A DNA stretch of 34,050 bases, taken from contig JALDZX010000115.1 of assembly GCA_022813865.1 (NCBI GenBank), positions 1 to 34,050 on the forward strand, read 5' to 3'. Numbering within the stretch: position 1 is the first letter of the stretch; each line of letters starts with the position of its first letter. This DNA is from Xylographa opegraphella (lineage: Eukaryota). The notes below the pieces were generated by a model. The model saw only the letters and a program-made list of their open reading frames with translations. It was not told the DNA's origin and made no database searches. This document shows, one piece after another, positions 1 to 11,754 of the stretch. A program made the position numbers and the translations under genes.

Positions 1-152
1 CCCCCCCGGGGGGGCCACCTATTTTATAGTGGATCACCCCCATAGTCTCCATCGATCAACGAACTCACGTTGTGCACCTCAACTGTAACTACGACGAGTG
101 TCCGGAAGCAGCCAATGGTGGCCCGGCGGGCCGTCGCCCATGTGGCGGAGAG

Positions 153-389
153 TTTCATCACCGGGTAACTATATTTGGCGCCCGGGGACCCGCGGTCATG
201 GGCCCGACTTCGACGCTCCCGCTCGCATCTGGGCGTCGGGACCCGCTGCCCGAGGGGGTTCATCCCCGGGTAGCCAATGATCGTCGCTCGCAACCGAGGT
301 TCCTGTGGAAGATATGATGTATCATGATACGCTGCGCCCAATAACCCTTTGAACAATTCGCCCGGCAACGTTTTCATCCCCGGGTAGCT
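153..389. repeat. Three dispersed ~18-bp direct repeats in a GC-rich segment
   Basis: TTTCATCACCGGGTAACT (153-170), GTTCATCCCCGGGTAGCC (258-275), TTTCATCCCCGGGTAGCT (372-389); starts are 105 and 114 nt apart. Confidence 0.75.
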
Positions 390-713
390 CAGCCCGCGCC
401 CCGGGGCAGGCCCCCCCCACGGTCCCCTCGGGCGCCCGGGGCCGTCGCCCCCGCCGCCCGAAACGCCCGAGCGGGAAGTGGCGTGCCGCGGCCGGCCCCT
501 CGGATGGACATGGCTTTTGTGCGGCGGTCTCGCCCCTCGCGCACTTCGCCGCACAAACAGCCTCGGCTTCCTTTGTAATTAGCGCACAATGTTTCCAAGA
601 CTTCGCCCTAAATCTTTCCTCACGAAGTACGAAGTACCTTCGGCAGAATTAATGTTTCACACCTCCAGGATTTCATACTGCGAATTCTAGAGTCAAACGC
701 GAGGCGGAATACA

Positions 714-1976
714 ATGTCGGAATTAAAAGTCCTCGTAGTGGGCGCATCGATCGCAGGCCCTATGGCGGTGTACTGGTTCGCCAGAGCCGGAGCACGAGTC
801 ACTGTCATTGAACGCTTCCCAGAACTACGCACCAGTGGACAGGGTATCGACATTCGCACCACAGGCGTCACTGTAATGCGAAAGATCCCCGGAATGGAGG
901 CTGCTGTGCGAGCCAAAACAACACAGTTGGAGGGAATGAGCTTCGTTCGCGACGATGGCCGACTCTATGGAACGATCAGAGCGACAGGGAATCCGGATCA
1001 ACAATCGCTTGTCAGCGAATACGAGATCTTTCGCGGCGATCTGGCACGAATCATATTCGACCTGAGCAAGGACAACGAGAATGTTCAGTACATCTTTGGC
1101 GAGCAAATCGCTTCGATGGAAGAGCACGAACACGACGGTCCGATCAAGGTCGAGTTCGCAAACGGTTTAGCAACTTCGGAATACGACCTTGTCGTTGCTT
1201 GTGATGGCGCGACGTCGAAGACTCGGACTATGGGTTTTGGAGGCAGTGTCCGGGACTACGTCAACCCTATCAACTCCTGGGCGGCTTACTTCTCAATAGA
1301 TCAGGATATCGTGGGAAGGAGTAATCTAGGCCATGGATATAGCGCAGTTGGGGGACGTTTTCTTGCTGTTTCAAATGACCCAGCAGGTGGCAATCGAGTT
1401 GTCGTAATCAAGATTCATCCACGAGACGAACGCGACGCAGCACTTCCCTTTCGTGAGGCTATGAAACAGGGGGAAGGAGCGCTGAAAAACTTTGTTGCTC
1501 AACAATATAAGGGTGTCGGCTGGAAGGCAGAGGAAGTCATGCTGGCCATGAAGAACTCACGCGACTTTTACGCCAACGAGATACTCCAGGTCAGAGTTCC
1601 TGCTTTACATAAAGGACGTATTGTTCTTGTCGGTGATGCAGGATATGCACCTGGCCCCACTGGTACTGGTACTACCCTCGCCATGACCGGGGCCTATGTA
1701 TTGGCGGGTGAGATTGCCAAACACCAAGGAGATTTAGCTGCAGGGCTCCAAGGCTATGAGGAGCGAATGAGGCCCATTATCGATGACATGCAAAAAATTC
1801 CGCCAATGATCAACAGTTTCTGTGCACCGCAAACGGCTTGGGGGATATGGCTGCGAAATCATCTTTTCGCTTTCCTTGCGTGGACCAAAATGATAGAGTA
1901 TGCCCAGAAATTCTTCGGCGGTGCTTCCACCGGGACTGACAAGTACGGCCTTCCGAATTATGATTGGTTGGCGTAA
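714..1976 (+). CDS. FAD-dependent monooxygenase/oxidoreductase (FAD_binding_3 type), 420 aa, intronless
   Basis: N-terminal Rossmann motif VLVVGASIAG, DG motif (VVACDG), GD motif (LVGDAGY); uninterrupted ATG-to-TAA ORF. Confidence 0.92.
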   Translation: MSELKVLVVGASIAGPMAVYWFARAGARVTVIERFPELRTSGQGIDIRTTGVTVMRKIPGMEAAVRAKTTQLEGMSFVRDDGRLYGTIRATGNPDQQSLVSEYEIFRGDLARIIFDLSKDNENVQYIFGEQIASMEEHEHDGPIKVEFANGLATSEYDLVVACDGATSKTRTMGFGGSVRDYVNPINSWAAYFSIDQDIVGRSNLGHGYSAVGGRFLAVSNDPAGGNRVVVIKIHPRDERDAALPFREAMKQGEGALKNFVAQQYKGVGWKAEEVMLAMKNSRDFYANEILQVRVPALHKGRIVLVGDAGYAPGPTGTGTTLAMTGAYVLAGEIAKHQGDLAAGLQGYEERMRPIIDDMQKIPPMINSFCAPQTAWGIWLRNHLFAFLAWTKMIEYAQKFFGGASTGTDKYGLPNYDWLA

Positions 1977-3479
1977 AGATCAGGATCATCAACTCAGTCA
2001 CATCAAGTTCTTGACAGACAGGCGCAAAGTCATGGAGTGCCGATCCCGCGGCCAACAGTGAAGGTGACGAAAATGCTTGGTGTATGAATGTAGTAATCTC
2101 TACTGGTACTTTTCAGTTTATTGCGATATGTTTCAGGTAACGGCTTGTCGAATCCGAAATAAGAACTTTATCGATCACTGTTCGACAAGATTGAAACTCT
2201 TCAGGTGTATCGGCTCCGCTTTTAGCACCAGAATACAGCAATGGTATCTGAAGCATCAGGCCTGGTTTGAAGAACCTGTTCATACATTTCAGACGTCGTA
2301 CTGAATACAGTTGGTGGATTCGTACCCTTTGAGAGACCACTCAGTGTAAGTAAAGTCTTCGTTGTTCCGCTTTCTCCGTTGAAGTCTTCAATCAATCCGA
2401 GGTGGCTTTTGCTACAGGTGGTGAAAGCTGTGGGCGATTGAGTCAAATCCTTGCTGGGCTGGGACTTCGAGACCGATGATTGAAACCGGGAGTGTTCTGT
2501 CGGCACGTGGAGCATAGTCATGCTGCTTGCTCCCTTGATATGGACGGATTTCTGGCTATAGGCTTGATCCAGGTCTGCCGATACGGGATCGCATTCAAAA
2601 CTCGTAATCCCCGACGTGCCAACGCGAAGCGCAGGATCGAGTGTCATAGTGGTCTCGTGGTAGGTCCCAAATGTCCATGATAGTTGCCATGTACATGCAA
2701 AGTACGGATCGAATGCGTTTGTCCGAGTCATGGAGTTCAAGGTACCACAGAAAGGTATAGTTTCACCTTGAAATTCGGCAAAGGCGAAGGCGGCGAAACG
2801 GCATGCAGTGGAAAAGCACAAGCCCGGCTTCACAATAAGAACCGTTGTGAATAACCGGAAAGGAGTTTCTCAGCTGCTGATACTGGCTGATAATGAGATG
2901 TCATGGCGGCGATTGCGTTCAAATTTGTTATAAGCCCACTCCAGGCTTCGTGGACAGACCACGATTTCGGTCGGGGATGAGAATCTTTGGGAGGAGATAT
3001 ATGATTGTACATTCAATAAGTTGCTATCAGTAAAAGCCTTTATTCGGTACGATATAACTGGTACCCTCGTAAGGGTATTACCAAGAATATCTATTCGATT
3101 GAACGCAGCGCTCATGGTGTCATTAGTTTACATTGCTCTGGAATGAGTGCTATATCGAATCGATGAAAAGGACCAGGAATATGGACAGGAAATTCGCAGA
3201 GTCCAATTCACAGCAGCTCAACAGCATGTTTGTCCGTAGATTTCAAAAATCGACCAAACTTAGTGATAGCTGACTCGTCCTTAAATGCCATGGAGTACAA
3301 AGCGACTCTATTAAAAGTGACTCTGTTAAAAGAGTCTTGGCGCAGGCCAAAGAACACAAGGCTAACCGTGAAAAAACACACCGAGCCATCCAGCAACCCT
3401 TGTTTATCATGGTTCCCTAGCACGCTTCCGTAAGACAGAAAGAACAAAATGGTGAGACCAAATGCGCCAGATTGTGCTT

Positions 3480-5678
3480 CTACAGACGGACCTCCACACG
3501 ACCTTCATTCCCTGGTGCACCTTGGGCGAGGTTGGGTAGAAGATAGGTGATGTCGTCCCAAGGGTGTCTATAAAGACCAGTCCTCAGCCTCTTTTGGTCA
3601 AGGTAATGGGCAATCAATCCGATACTCCTCCCCAAGACGAAGAGACCATTCAGCACTCCCATGCTGAGGTAATCTTCGGCCTCTTCCGGGCTGAAAGCAC
3701 CGCAATTGCGCATCAGATCGACAAAGCAGACCGCGACACACCCATCGACGTTGAGGATCAGATTATCCTTCTTCGACGTTGTGACAGTCTCCACGGCGAT
3801 AGCGTAATCGAGCATCTTGCAGGAAGGAAATCGCTTCTTTACAAACTCTTTGACGAGCTCCACACGTAGATCTGGGTTGTTGCGAGACTTCACCTTGTGT
3901 CCAATACCGGGAACTAGTAAAAGTTAGAATCATGACATAATAATCATACAATAGAACATACTTAGCTTGTTCTCCTTCCTCATAGTATCGACAAAGTCCC
4001 GTGGACTCAAACCCTTATCGAAAGCCTTGGTAAACTCCTCCGCGGCACCGTCCAGGGCACCACCGAACCTTGAACCGATAGTGAGCAGGCCCGACACCAG
4101 AGCACTGATCAAATCCTTGCCAGCCCGCGTAGTAATGATCGTGTTCATCGCTCCCGACACGGCGGGACCATGGTCGGCAGTTAGCATGAGGACCATCTCG
4201 AGAAACTTGCTTGCATAATCTGGGAGGCGTCGACGAAACCAAAGCAGGGACATGACACCACCAATTCCAATGTCTTCCCTGAAGACATCGGAGATTGGCA
4301 TGCCGGCGTATAAAAGTTCCTGGCCACGATCATCGGAGATAGTGGAGATGAAAGCGGCGGGTTTTCGGATGAGACCGAGTTCCTGTGCCCAGGAGTAGTC
4401 GATTGGAATCTTCGGTGGTATTGGCTCCGGCTGAGGCTTGATGGTACCTTGTTTGACCAGCTTTTCGTAAACTTGACTGAGTAGTTGAGGCATTTCTTCA
4501 AAGGTATCTGGGACATGGATGCCAGCATCCCTCATTGACTTGTTCTTCATAGCAGCAGTCTCCAATTGTGAGTTGGCAAATGATCCGGCATGGCCGAACT
4601 GAACCTCGGTTTTAAACATGCTTGCACAAGTACCGATTGCCCACGCAACCACTGGCTTTGTGATAATGCCATCCCTAACCGCTTCAATGACTTTGTATTC
4701 CTCGATACCGCCAACTTCACCAAGGAGAAGCAGAAGTTTGCACTCCGGATCAGCTTGGTAGCGGAGCATGTGGTCAATGAATGTTGTGCCCGGATATCGG
4801 TCACCACCGATCGCAACACCTTCATAGACCCCATCTGTGGTGTTGGAGATGATGTTGTTCAGTTCGTTCGACATGCCTCCAGATTTAGACACGTAGCCGA
4901 CCGATCCTTTGCGGTAGAGCTTTGAGGCGACGATGTTGTCCATCATGCCACCAGTGTTGCCGATCTTGAAGGCGCCCGGTTTGATGCCTCCCACTGTTGC
5001 CGGCCCGATAATCGTGATCTTTTTCTTCTGAGCGATATGTAGAATCTCCCGTGCCCGCCGCTCTGGCACACCTTCGGCTATGATGGCAATGGACTTGATC
5101 TGAGGATATCCCATAAGCTCCATCGTGGAACTGTATACACTCCGTGACGAAGCAAAGTTGACCACGACATCGACATCGGGGTGCTTCTCCATTGCCTTCT
5201 CCACATCTTGGTAAACAGGTAGAAGCGTCTCACTCGTACCCCAGTACCTTTATACGTCCAAGATTAGCGAGGGTAAGCTTATCAGGGTGCCAGGCGACTC
5301 ACATCTTGCTCACGAATTGTCCTCCGAAAGAGTATATGATGCCAGCCACGGATGGTGTTGATCTCTTGCAGATGAAGTCAAAGTCGAGCATTCCTTGCAC
5401 AGCGCGAGGCTGCAAGCCACTACGGAGTGATTGTTAGCATGTAAACACAGATAACTTGAGCTCGTTGCAGGTACTCACTAGACGAAGCATCGAGTTTTGT
5501 TGTGGAAGAGCTGGTAGTCGGCATGAGGACTCAAAGGTCGACTGGGAGCCGCGAAACGTCGGATGTTATCGTTTGCTGAAGCACCACCAAGGCCGTTGAC
5601 CCCGTTGCTACCATTGGAATTCGGCATTGAAGTGGAAGCGTTGGGAGCGCCGTTGGTGACTGCAGTCGCTGAAGGCAT
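3480..5678 (-). CDS. ACL1: ATP-citrate lyase large (catalytic) subunit, ~678 aa; exons 5678-5479, 5419-5303, 5247-3962, 3913-3480
   Basis: Motifs [24 protein letters not shown], phospho-His [30 protein letters not shown]; three GT-AG introns (59, 55, 48 nt) with CTAAY branch sites join to 2037 nt in frame. Confidence 0.97.
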
Positions 5679-6860
5679 TGTTGGGAGCTGTCGAAGAAAC
5701 TGTACAGGTTAGATAACGTCCGTTTGTTGCGGAAGCTGCCAGTATAATGGCAGGATAGTTTCTTGATACACCGGTCGAAATACAAAACGTATATGCGAGA
5801 GGTCGACGTTGAGGTTACACCAACGGATGCGGTGTACTTACCGGCAATGTTCAGAACCAAAGCTGTTCGCAGGCGGAGGCTCGGCGAGAGAAGTGTGAGG
5901 CCACAGGGTGGATGGGTCGAGAAAGTGTCGACTCAAATTGAAGCCCCGAGATGGACGCAGGTAATGGTTAGAAGCGGGAATGATGGGTGAGCTGCTCTCG
6001 TTGCCGGTGAGTGAGAGTGAGAAACAAGAGAGCTCTGGCTGAGGCCGGACCAGGATTGATTCTCGCACCATTCTTTCCATTTTCAGTCATTTTCTGCTGA
6101 GGCCACGGACCCCGGGTCGCTTTTAGCGCCACGCCTTACGCAGTACGGTCCGGCGGAGTGTTGGGTCTGGGGAAGAGCTAACCGGAAGGGGATTATTCTG
6201 AAGAATCGTCCCGGTTCGGTCCCCGACGCGGTGGAGGGAAAGTGATGGGGAACTCTCGTGCTGCGTACATATCCCATCATCACGTCAAGACTTCTACCCT
6301 CCGCTTGTTGTTCTGCTCTACACCTTGGCCGTGATAATATCATCTGCCAGATCGAAACCTGTGCTGCCCTGCTTCGTACTTTCCTAGGTCCGACGCTTAT
6401 CCACGGCGTTCCTGGATTCACGCCCTAAACTCCCTCGGCTTCCCTGGCAGTGGTTGACGGCTAGCGCCTCGGCCGGAATGCGTAGTTGAACCCAACGGGG
6501 CGGGAATTCAGAAAAGTCGCGGACCGATGTCACGACTGCGCTGAGCTTTACAGAATCATAAACAACGATCACGAATTGTTTCCGAAGCCATCACCCTCTT
6601 GCCCCTGTCGATATCTGGATATTGCAATAACAATTACTGTATTCCTCCCGACTCCTGCTGTCTTTCGGACCACGACGTGCCCGTTGAACATCGTCCGATC
6701 TCTTGTCGGTGAAGCTTTCGGACCACCATCGGTCATAAGCGGTGAAGGCGAGCTTCCCCATTTTCAGTTTGCGAGGAACGTGGACAACCACAATGGCACG
6801 GTATGCTAATGACAAAGCAGTTTTCCCACAGTTCTCCGAACTTCATCTCCACCCACGATA
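5679..6860. promoter_or_regulatory. Shared bidirectional promoter region of ACL1/ACL2
   Basis: Head-to-head start codons at 5678(-) and 6861(+); pyrimidine-rich leaders; divergent acl pairs are known in filamentous ascomycetes. Confidence 0.75.
5700..5841 (-). other. Predicted 5'-UTR intron of ACL1
   Basis: Minus strand donor GTAAGT at 5841, branch CTAAC and acceptor CAG ending at 5700, 21 nt upstream of the ATG. Confidence 0.6.
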
Positions 6861-8433
6861 ATGTCTGCCAAATCCATTCTCGAGGCCGATGGCAAGGCCA
6901 TCCTCAATTACCACCTGACTCGAGCTCCTGTCATCAAGCCAACTCCCCTCCCGGCCACTGCAACCCACAATCCTCCCTCGAGACTCGCATCCCTCCACTT
7001 TCCAGTAGATGCCACGGTCACCTCTGTCCTCGACCAGGCCGAAACAACTTACCCGTGGTTGCTTGTCAACGGCTCCAAATTCGTCGCAAAGCCAGATCAA
7101 TTGATCAAGCGACGAGGCAAGAGCGGACTGCTGGCTCTCAACAAGACATGGCCCGAAGCTCGCGCGTGGATCGAGGCCAAGGCTGGCAAGACACAGCAAG
7201 TCGAATCCGTCCAAGGCGTCCTACGCCAGTTTCTGGTCGAACCCTTTGTCCCGCATCCGTCCGACACCGAATATTACATCAACATCAATTCGGTCCGAGA
7301 GGTATGTGTTGTTCGGTGAGTCGCAGCAGAGCTATTCGGTGGCTGACATGCCGTCTCGTAGGGTGACTGGATTCTTTTCACACATGAGGGCGGTGTCGAC
7401 GTGGGCGACGTCGATGCGAAAGCCAAAAAGATCCTCATCCCGGTTGACTTATCAGAATACCCTTCGAACGAAGAGATCGCGGCTACACTGCTGAAAGAAG
7501 TCCCAAAGGGAGTGCACAATGTTCTCGTCGACTTCATCTCCAGATTGTACGCCGTTTACGTGGATTGCCAGTTCACATACCTTGAGATCAACCCCCTCGT
7601 TGTGATCCCGAATGCGGACGCCACGTCGGCCGAAGTTCACTTCCTCGATCTCGCTGCCAAACTTGACCAGACCGCTGAATTCGAATGTGGTGTCAAGTGG
7701 GCTGTCGCACGAAGTCCTGCGGCTTTGGGTCTACCGGGCGTCAAGTCGGATGGAAAGGTCAGCATCGATGCAGGTCCACCCATGGAGTTTCCCGCACCCT
7801 TCGGCCGTGAGATGAGCAAAGAGGAGGCATACATTGCTGAACTCGACGCCAAGACTGGTGCCTCGCTGAAGCTCACTATACTAAACGCATATGGCCGTGT
7901 GTGGACGCTGGTTGCTGGAGGGGGTGCCTCGGTTGTTTATGCTGATGCCATTTCCTCGTGCGGCTTTGCGGACGAGTTGGCAAATTATGGTGAATATTCT
8001 GGTGCGCCCACCGAGACCCAGACGTACCACTACGCTCGTACCGTCCTTGATCTCATGCTGCGCGCGCCTTTACGTGCGGAGGGCAAGGTTCTGTTCATTG
8101 GAGGTGGCATCGCGAACTTCACCAACGTGAGTCGGAACCAACTCTGGCGCTGCTGACGGTACTAACTGATCGCCACAGGTCGCTTCAACCTTCAAAGGCG
8201 TCATTCGCGCGCTTCGGGAAGTCTCTAGTACTCTGATCGAACACAAAGTACAGATCTGGGTTCGCCGTGCGGGGCCCAATTACCAGGAAGGTCTCAAGAA
8301 CATCAAGGCAGTCGGTGTGGAACTGAAGCTGGATATGCATGTGTATGGCCCCGAAATGCACGTCAGCGGTATTGTGCCCCTGGCACTTCTACCGGGCAAG
8401 AACAAAGGGGACGTGAAGGAGTTTGGATCGTAG
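6861..8433 (+). CDS. ACL2: ATP-citrate lyase small (ATP-grasp/citrate-binding) subunit, ~486 aa; exons 6861-7301, 7362-8126, 8179-8433
   Basis: [12 protein letters not shown] start, [54 protein letters not shown]; two GT-AG introns (60, 52 nt); 1461 nt in frame. Confidence 0.97.
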
Positions 8434-9334
8434 ATCTGGAGTAGCTTATGATTCTTGCTACGTCATTGCGATTTGACCACTTTGACGTCCTACGAACATG
8501 GGACAAATCCGAAGGGCGTCATGGTCTAGAAGCTGGCGGGTTTGTGGCGGCTAAGATGGACTTTGAATCCCGGTAATCAGCTTAATGGAGCCTGGCAGCT
8601 TTGAATCTGGCGTGTATCTGAACCCACAAGAGCTTTGATTTCCCTTGACTTCATTAGTGCTCCGACGAGTGCCTTGTTGCACTGGAGAACGGTGGAATCA
8701 TCGTAACATATATCGTGCAGCTTTTGCATCACATGACCGGTTTTATGTCTTGATTGCTACCCTTTCCCTGGACCACTATTACAATATCCTTCAATTGCTA
8801 TGTGCTGTTTCTTTTGTGCCCAGTATTGTATCAATATACGCCTCGCCCACGAGGTTTGCAGCCCCTTGCGTGCTCGGTCTGTCTATACCCACCCATCAGT
8901 GGTCCTCTCGCCATCAAATTCACTGGTCAAGCCTGTCTAGACCACCAGATACAGGTGCCCAATCTTGGTGTGCCAATACCCCAGGGCACAAGGCCCCGTC
9001 ACACGGCACTCGATCCATAGAATCCAACGAACTCGGGTGCTTTGCGGTGCGTTTAGAAAGCGGAGGACGGTACTGGGGGTGTGCGCAAAGGGAAGGGGGG
9101 GTGGCGTGGAAGAAGGAGTTCCCCTGAGGTCGAGCTTCCACCACGAACTCGCTGGCCTAGGATCATGTTGCACTCATTTGCCACAACTGATGCGTAGCTA
9201 TTGTTCGTACATGTTTACCTACAGGTATTACGTACAATATTCTAAGTCGAACGCACGCAGAATGTCCCCCAAAAGGGAACAAGCACGCTTGCAAGCCTCG
9301 AAATCATCCAATCAAACTCCAGCATACAGGTTTA

Positions 9335-10230
9335 TCAAATCTTGTTATTCATACTCGTGCGCACGAAAGCGCCTTCTGCAAGCGCCTTGTCACCCGTCCT
9401 TCTTTCTTTACGGAAGTACACCGCGCATGCGAGAGACCAGTAGGGTCTACCAAGGGTATTGGCTGCCGGTCGATCGAGATCAACCTTAACATAATTGGTC
9501 ATAATAGCCGTGACGAACGGACGTTGATCCTTGATACTTTGATCGTGGTATTGCCTGCGGTTGATCAGTCACCGTCTCTAGCCAACAACGTAGCAAATGA
9601 CTCACTGCTCGCTATCTGGATTCGGGTATCCGTTGTGCAATCCCCAGTTCTCGGGGTCGTTTCCTGCGAACAAATCCGGCTCGGCTACGCGAAAAGCGTG
9701 TATACGATGTCGTCGTGGTTTGATGGAGCGTACAAGAAGGTGGTTGGCGTCATCATGCTGAAAGCATCTGGGTGATGTATGACATTGTAGCCTAACCTAT
9801 GCAGAACTTCCTCGTCAAGGTGATTGAGTGATGCATCCTGTATGAAGACTTTCATTTTCTTGTGATACTTTGACCTTGCAACCTCGATACATTCCTCCAT
9901 TTCTGCGAGCCAATAGTGGGAATGGCAATGCGGGTCATCCTCGAATTGCGTACTGAGTGAGCCTAACCCCGTGCATACTATTTCCTCGATAGGCTCCAGG
10001 AAGCCCAACGCGGTCCTGAAAGTCTTCATTCTTTCCTTGGCGATGTCGGACTCCTTCCAAACCTTCCTAGTAGTTTTGTAGCGTTCAAGTATTATGTCAA
10101 CGGTGTAGCCATTCAAAGGCACAGCAACCTTTACTAGGCTTGCCCTATCTCTGTATTCATATACGATGTCAGAACCCCTGCAAACAGTAACGGTAGGTTT
10201 CTTGTCGAATATGGGGTCGCTAGGGTCCAT
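9335..10230 (-). pseudogene. SRR1-like domain protein with an apparent 1-nt frameshift (pseudogene or assembly error); 5' end may extend further upstream
   Basis: IVCTGLGS...VFIQD...D..VLHRLG...TFLYAP resembles the SRR1 domain. The ORF stops at 9685, but one extra T in the run at 9692-9695 continues RVAEPDLFAGND, then a GTGAGT..CTGAT..CAG intron (9605-9555) and a last exon ending at TGA 9337-9335. Confidence 0.6.
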
Positions 10231-11334
10231 GACGGCTTTGAATTCAATGGAGTGCGTTTGTCGTTTTCCTTTTTAAAAGCATGACTTTGGGTCAGCTGAT
10301 TATGATGCACCGAGAATTATGGGGGAATTGATCGTGTTATAATTCGTATGCAAGAAGTCGCTGCTGTTCGTAAGTAGGTCCGCAAGCTGCAGAAGGATAA
10401 GTGAAGCTAAGAACCCAGTAGTGATATTGAGCTGGGGAAGTGGTTGTAAGTTTAATGTATGTCTGTGGATATAGAGATGGATTGGGGAGGGGCCTGATGG
10501 GATACTTATAGATTTTGAGGTTTCCCACGTTGCCACTTGTTCACTCGTATGAAGGCCGGATACCCATCGTTCACGAGCGCTTCCAGAGCTTCACAGGAAT
10601 GAGAATGCCAGAACTGATGCAGTGAAGACACCGATAAGCACTGTGATATAGCATAGCCTCACACACCTGGTCAATTTGCCCTCACATAAATCTCACTCTG
10701 CAATAGGCCAGGTAAAACGGAGGCTCTCCGTGACTGCTGTACGTGGGTCACTATACTTGTCAATCTGTGGCGGGAAACAGCAATTCGTGTTGCTTAGTGT
10801 TCACCATTTCTTATGAATGCTCCCCAGGATCATTCTTCATTATCTTTTTGGATAAAGAACAGGAGATCGAGGCTCATGGTACACGGCAGAAACCGATAGA
10901 CGAAGCTTGGCTCATGCCCACGAGGAGAATTTCGTCCAGGCTGTGAAGTGTCAAGACCATAAATAGAAATGTGAATGACGCGAAATACCAAAGCTATAAA
11001 TTGAAACAAGATTGACAAGCAGCGTTGATCACAGTCTTGTTCAGGTACCTCGCAATTCACATCTTGCCCAGTGAAACAAGTCTGGGAAATCTTGTGTTCC
11101 AAAACTTTGATCAGGTGCGTCCAACTGCCATTGGCTCCCCGGAATAATCGCCGAAATCCCATAGAGCCCTAGAGCCTCTCCCTGAGATCATTGAGAAATG
11201 AAAGGACATAGCAGCTACGTATGAGGATCTCGCCCCACGAGAAACTGAAGAGACTTTGATGCATAGATATTGAAAAAGGCCGTCATATCACCCCTCCCTG
11301 TAGCCTAGCACCATCATCAAATGCTTCCACGCCC

Positions 11335-11754
11335 TTACCTCTCCCAAACGGCCTTCTCCCCAGTAAAGATATGTCTCGGTTTCCCAACGGTGTCACCCTC
11401 TCCCACCATCAGTTTGCTCAAGCTTTCCCCTGTATCGGGATCCAGCGACCCGCAGACGATATAGATCACTTCCGGCTGCTGCTTGTACACCATCGACAAC
11501 GGGCTGCCGCACCGATTGCAAAAAGTCCTAGTCGCATCGGCAGATGTACTGAGCTCTGTAAGGGACTCGGAGCGATCCCAGTCGAGAGCTGAGTCGGGGA
11601 CTCCAATGAAGGGCATGAAGGCGCTGCCGGAGAGGCGCTGACAGATGTGACAGTGGCAGAAAGCGAGGTCGGCGAGGGTGGTCAGAGAAGAGATGGTGTA
11701 ACGGCAGAGCCCGCAATGGCAGCCGCCGATGAGATGAAGCTTTGTGGTTGCCAT
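11335..11754 (-). CDS. GFA/CENP-V (Mss4-like) Zn-binding protein
   Basis: Diagnostic Cys pattern GGCHCG...CHCHICQR.SG...RTFCNRCGSPL and HIF..EK..W tail; first ATG at 11754; 3' end uncertain. Confidence 0.88.
   Translation of the reverse strand: MATTKLHLIGGCHCGLCRYTISSLTTLADLAFCHCHICQRLSGSAFMPFIGVPDSALDWDRSESLTELSTSADATRTFCNRCGSPLSMVYKQQPEVIYIVCGSLDPDTGESLSKLMVGEGDTVGKPRHIFTGEKAVWER

Noticed and set aside
153..389. Repeat-spacer pattern as a CRISPR-like array
   Set aside because: Eukaryotic context, repeats too short, spacers ~90 nt, no cas genes
24..554. 176-aa Gly/Arg/Pro-rich ORF
   Set aside because: Expected by-product of very high GC; its YPGMK repeats simply reflect the DNA repeat
3304..3336. 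15-bp imperfect tandem repeat with a small hairpin downstream of ACL1
   Set aside because: Too short to distinguish from slippage
8645..9489. Plus-strand ORFs of 160 and 174 aa after ACL2
   Set aside because: Non-ATG starts, no motifs, overlap the ACL2 3' region and the antisense SRR1-like last exon
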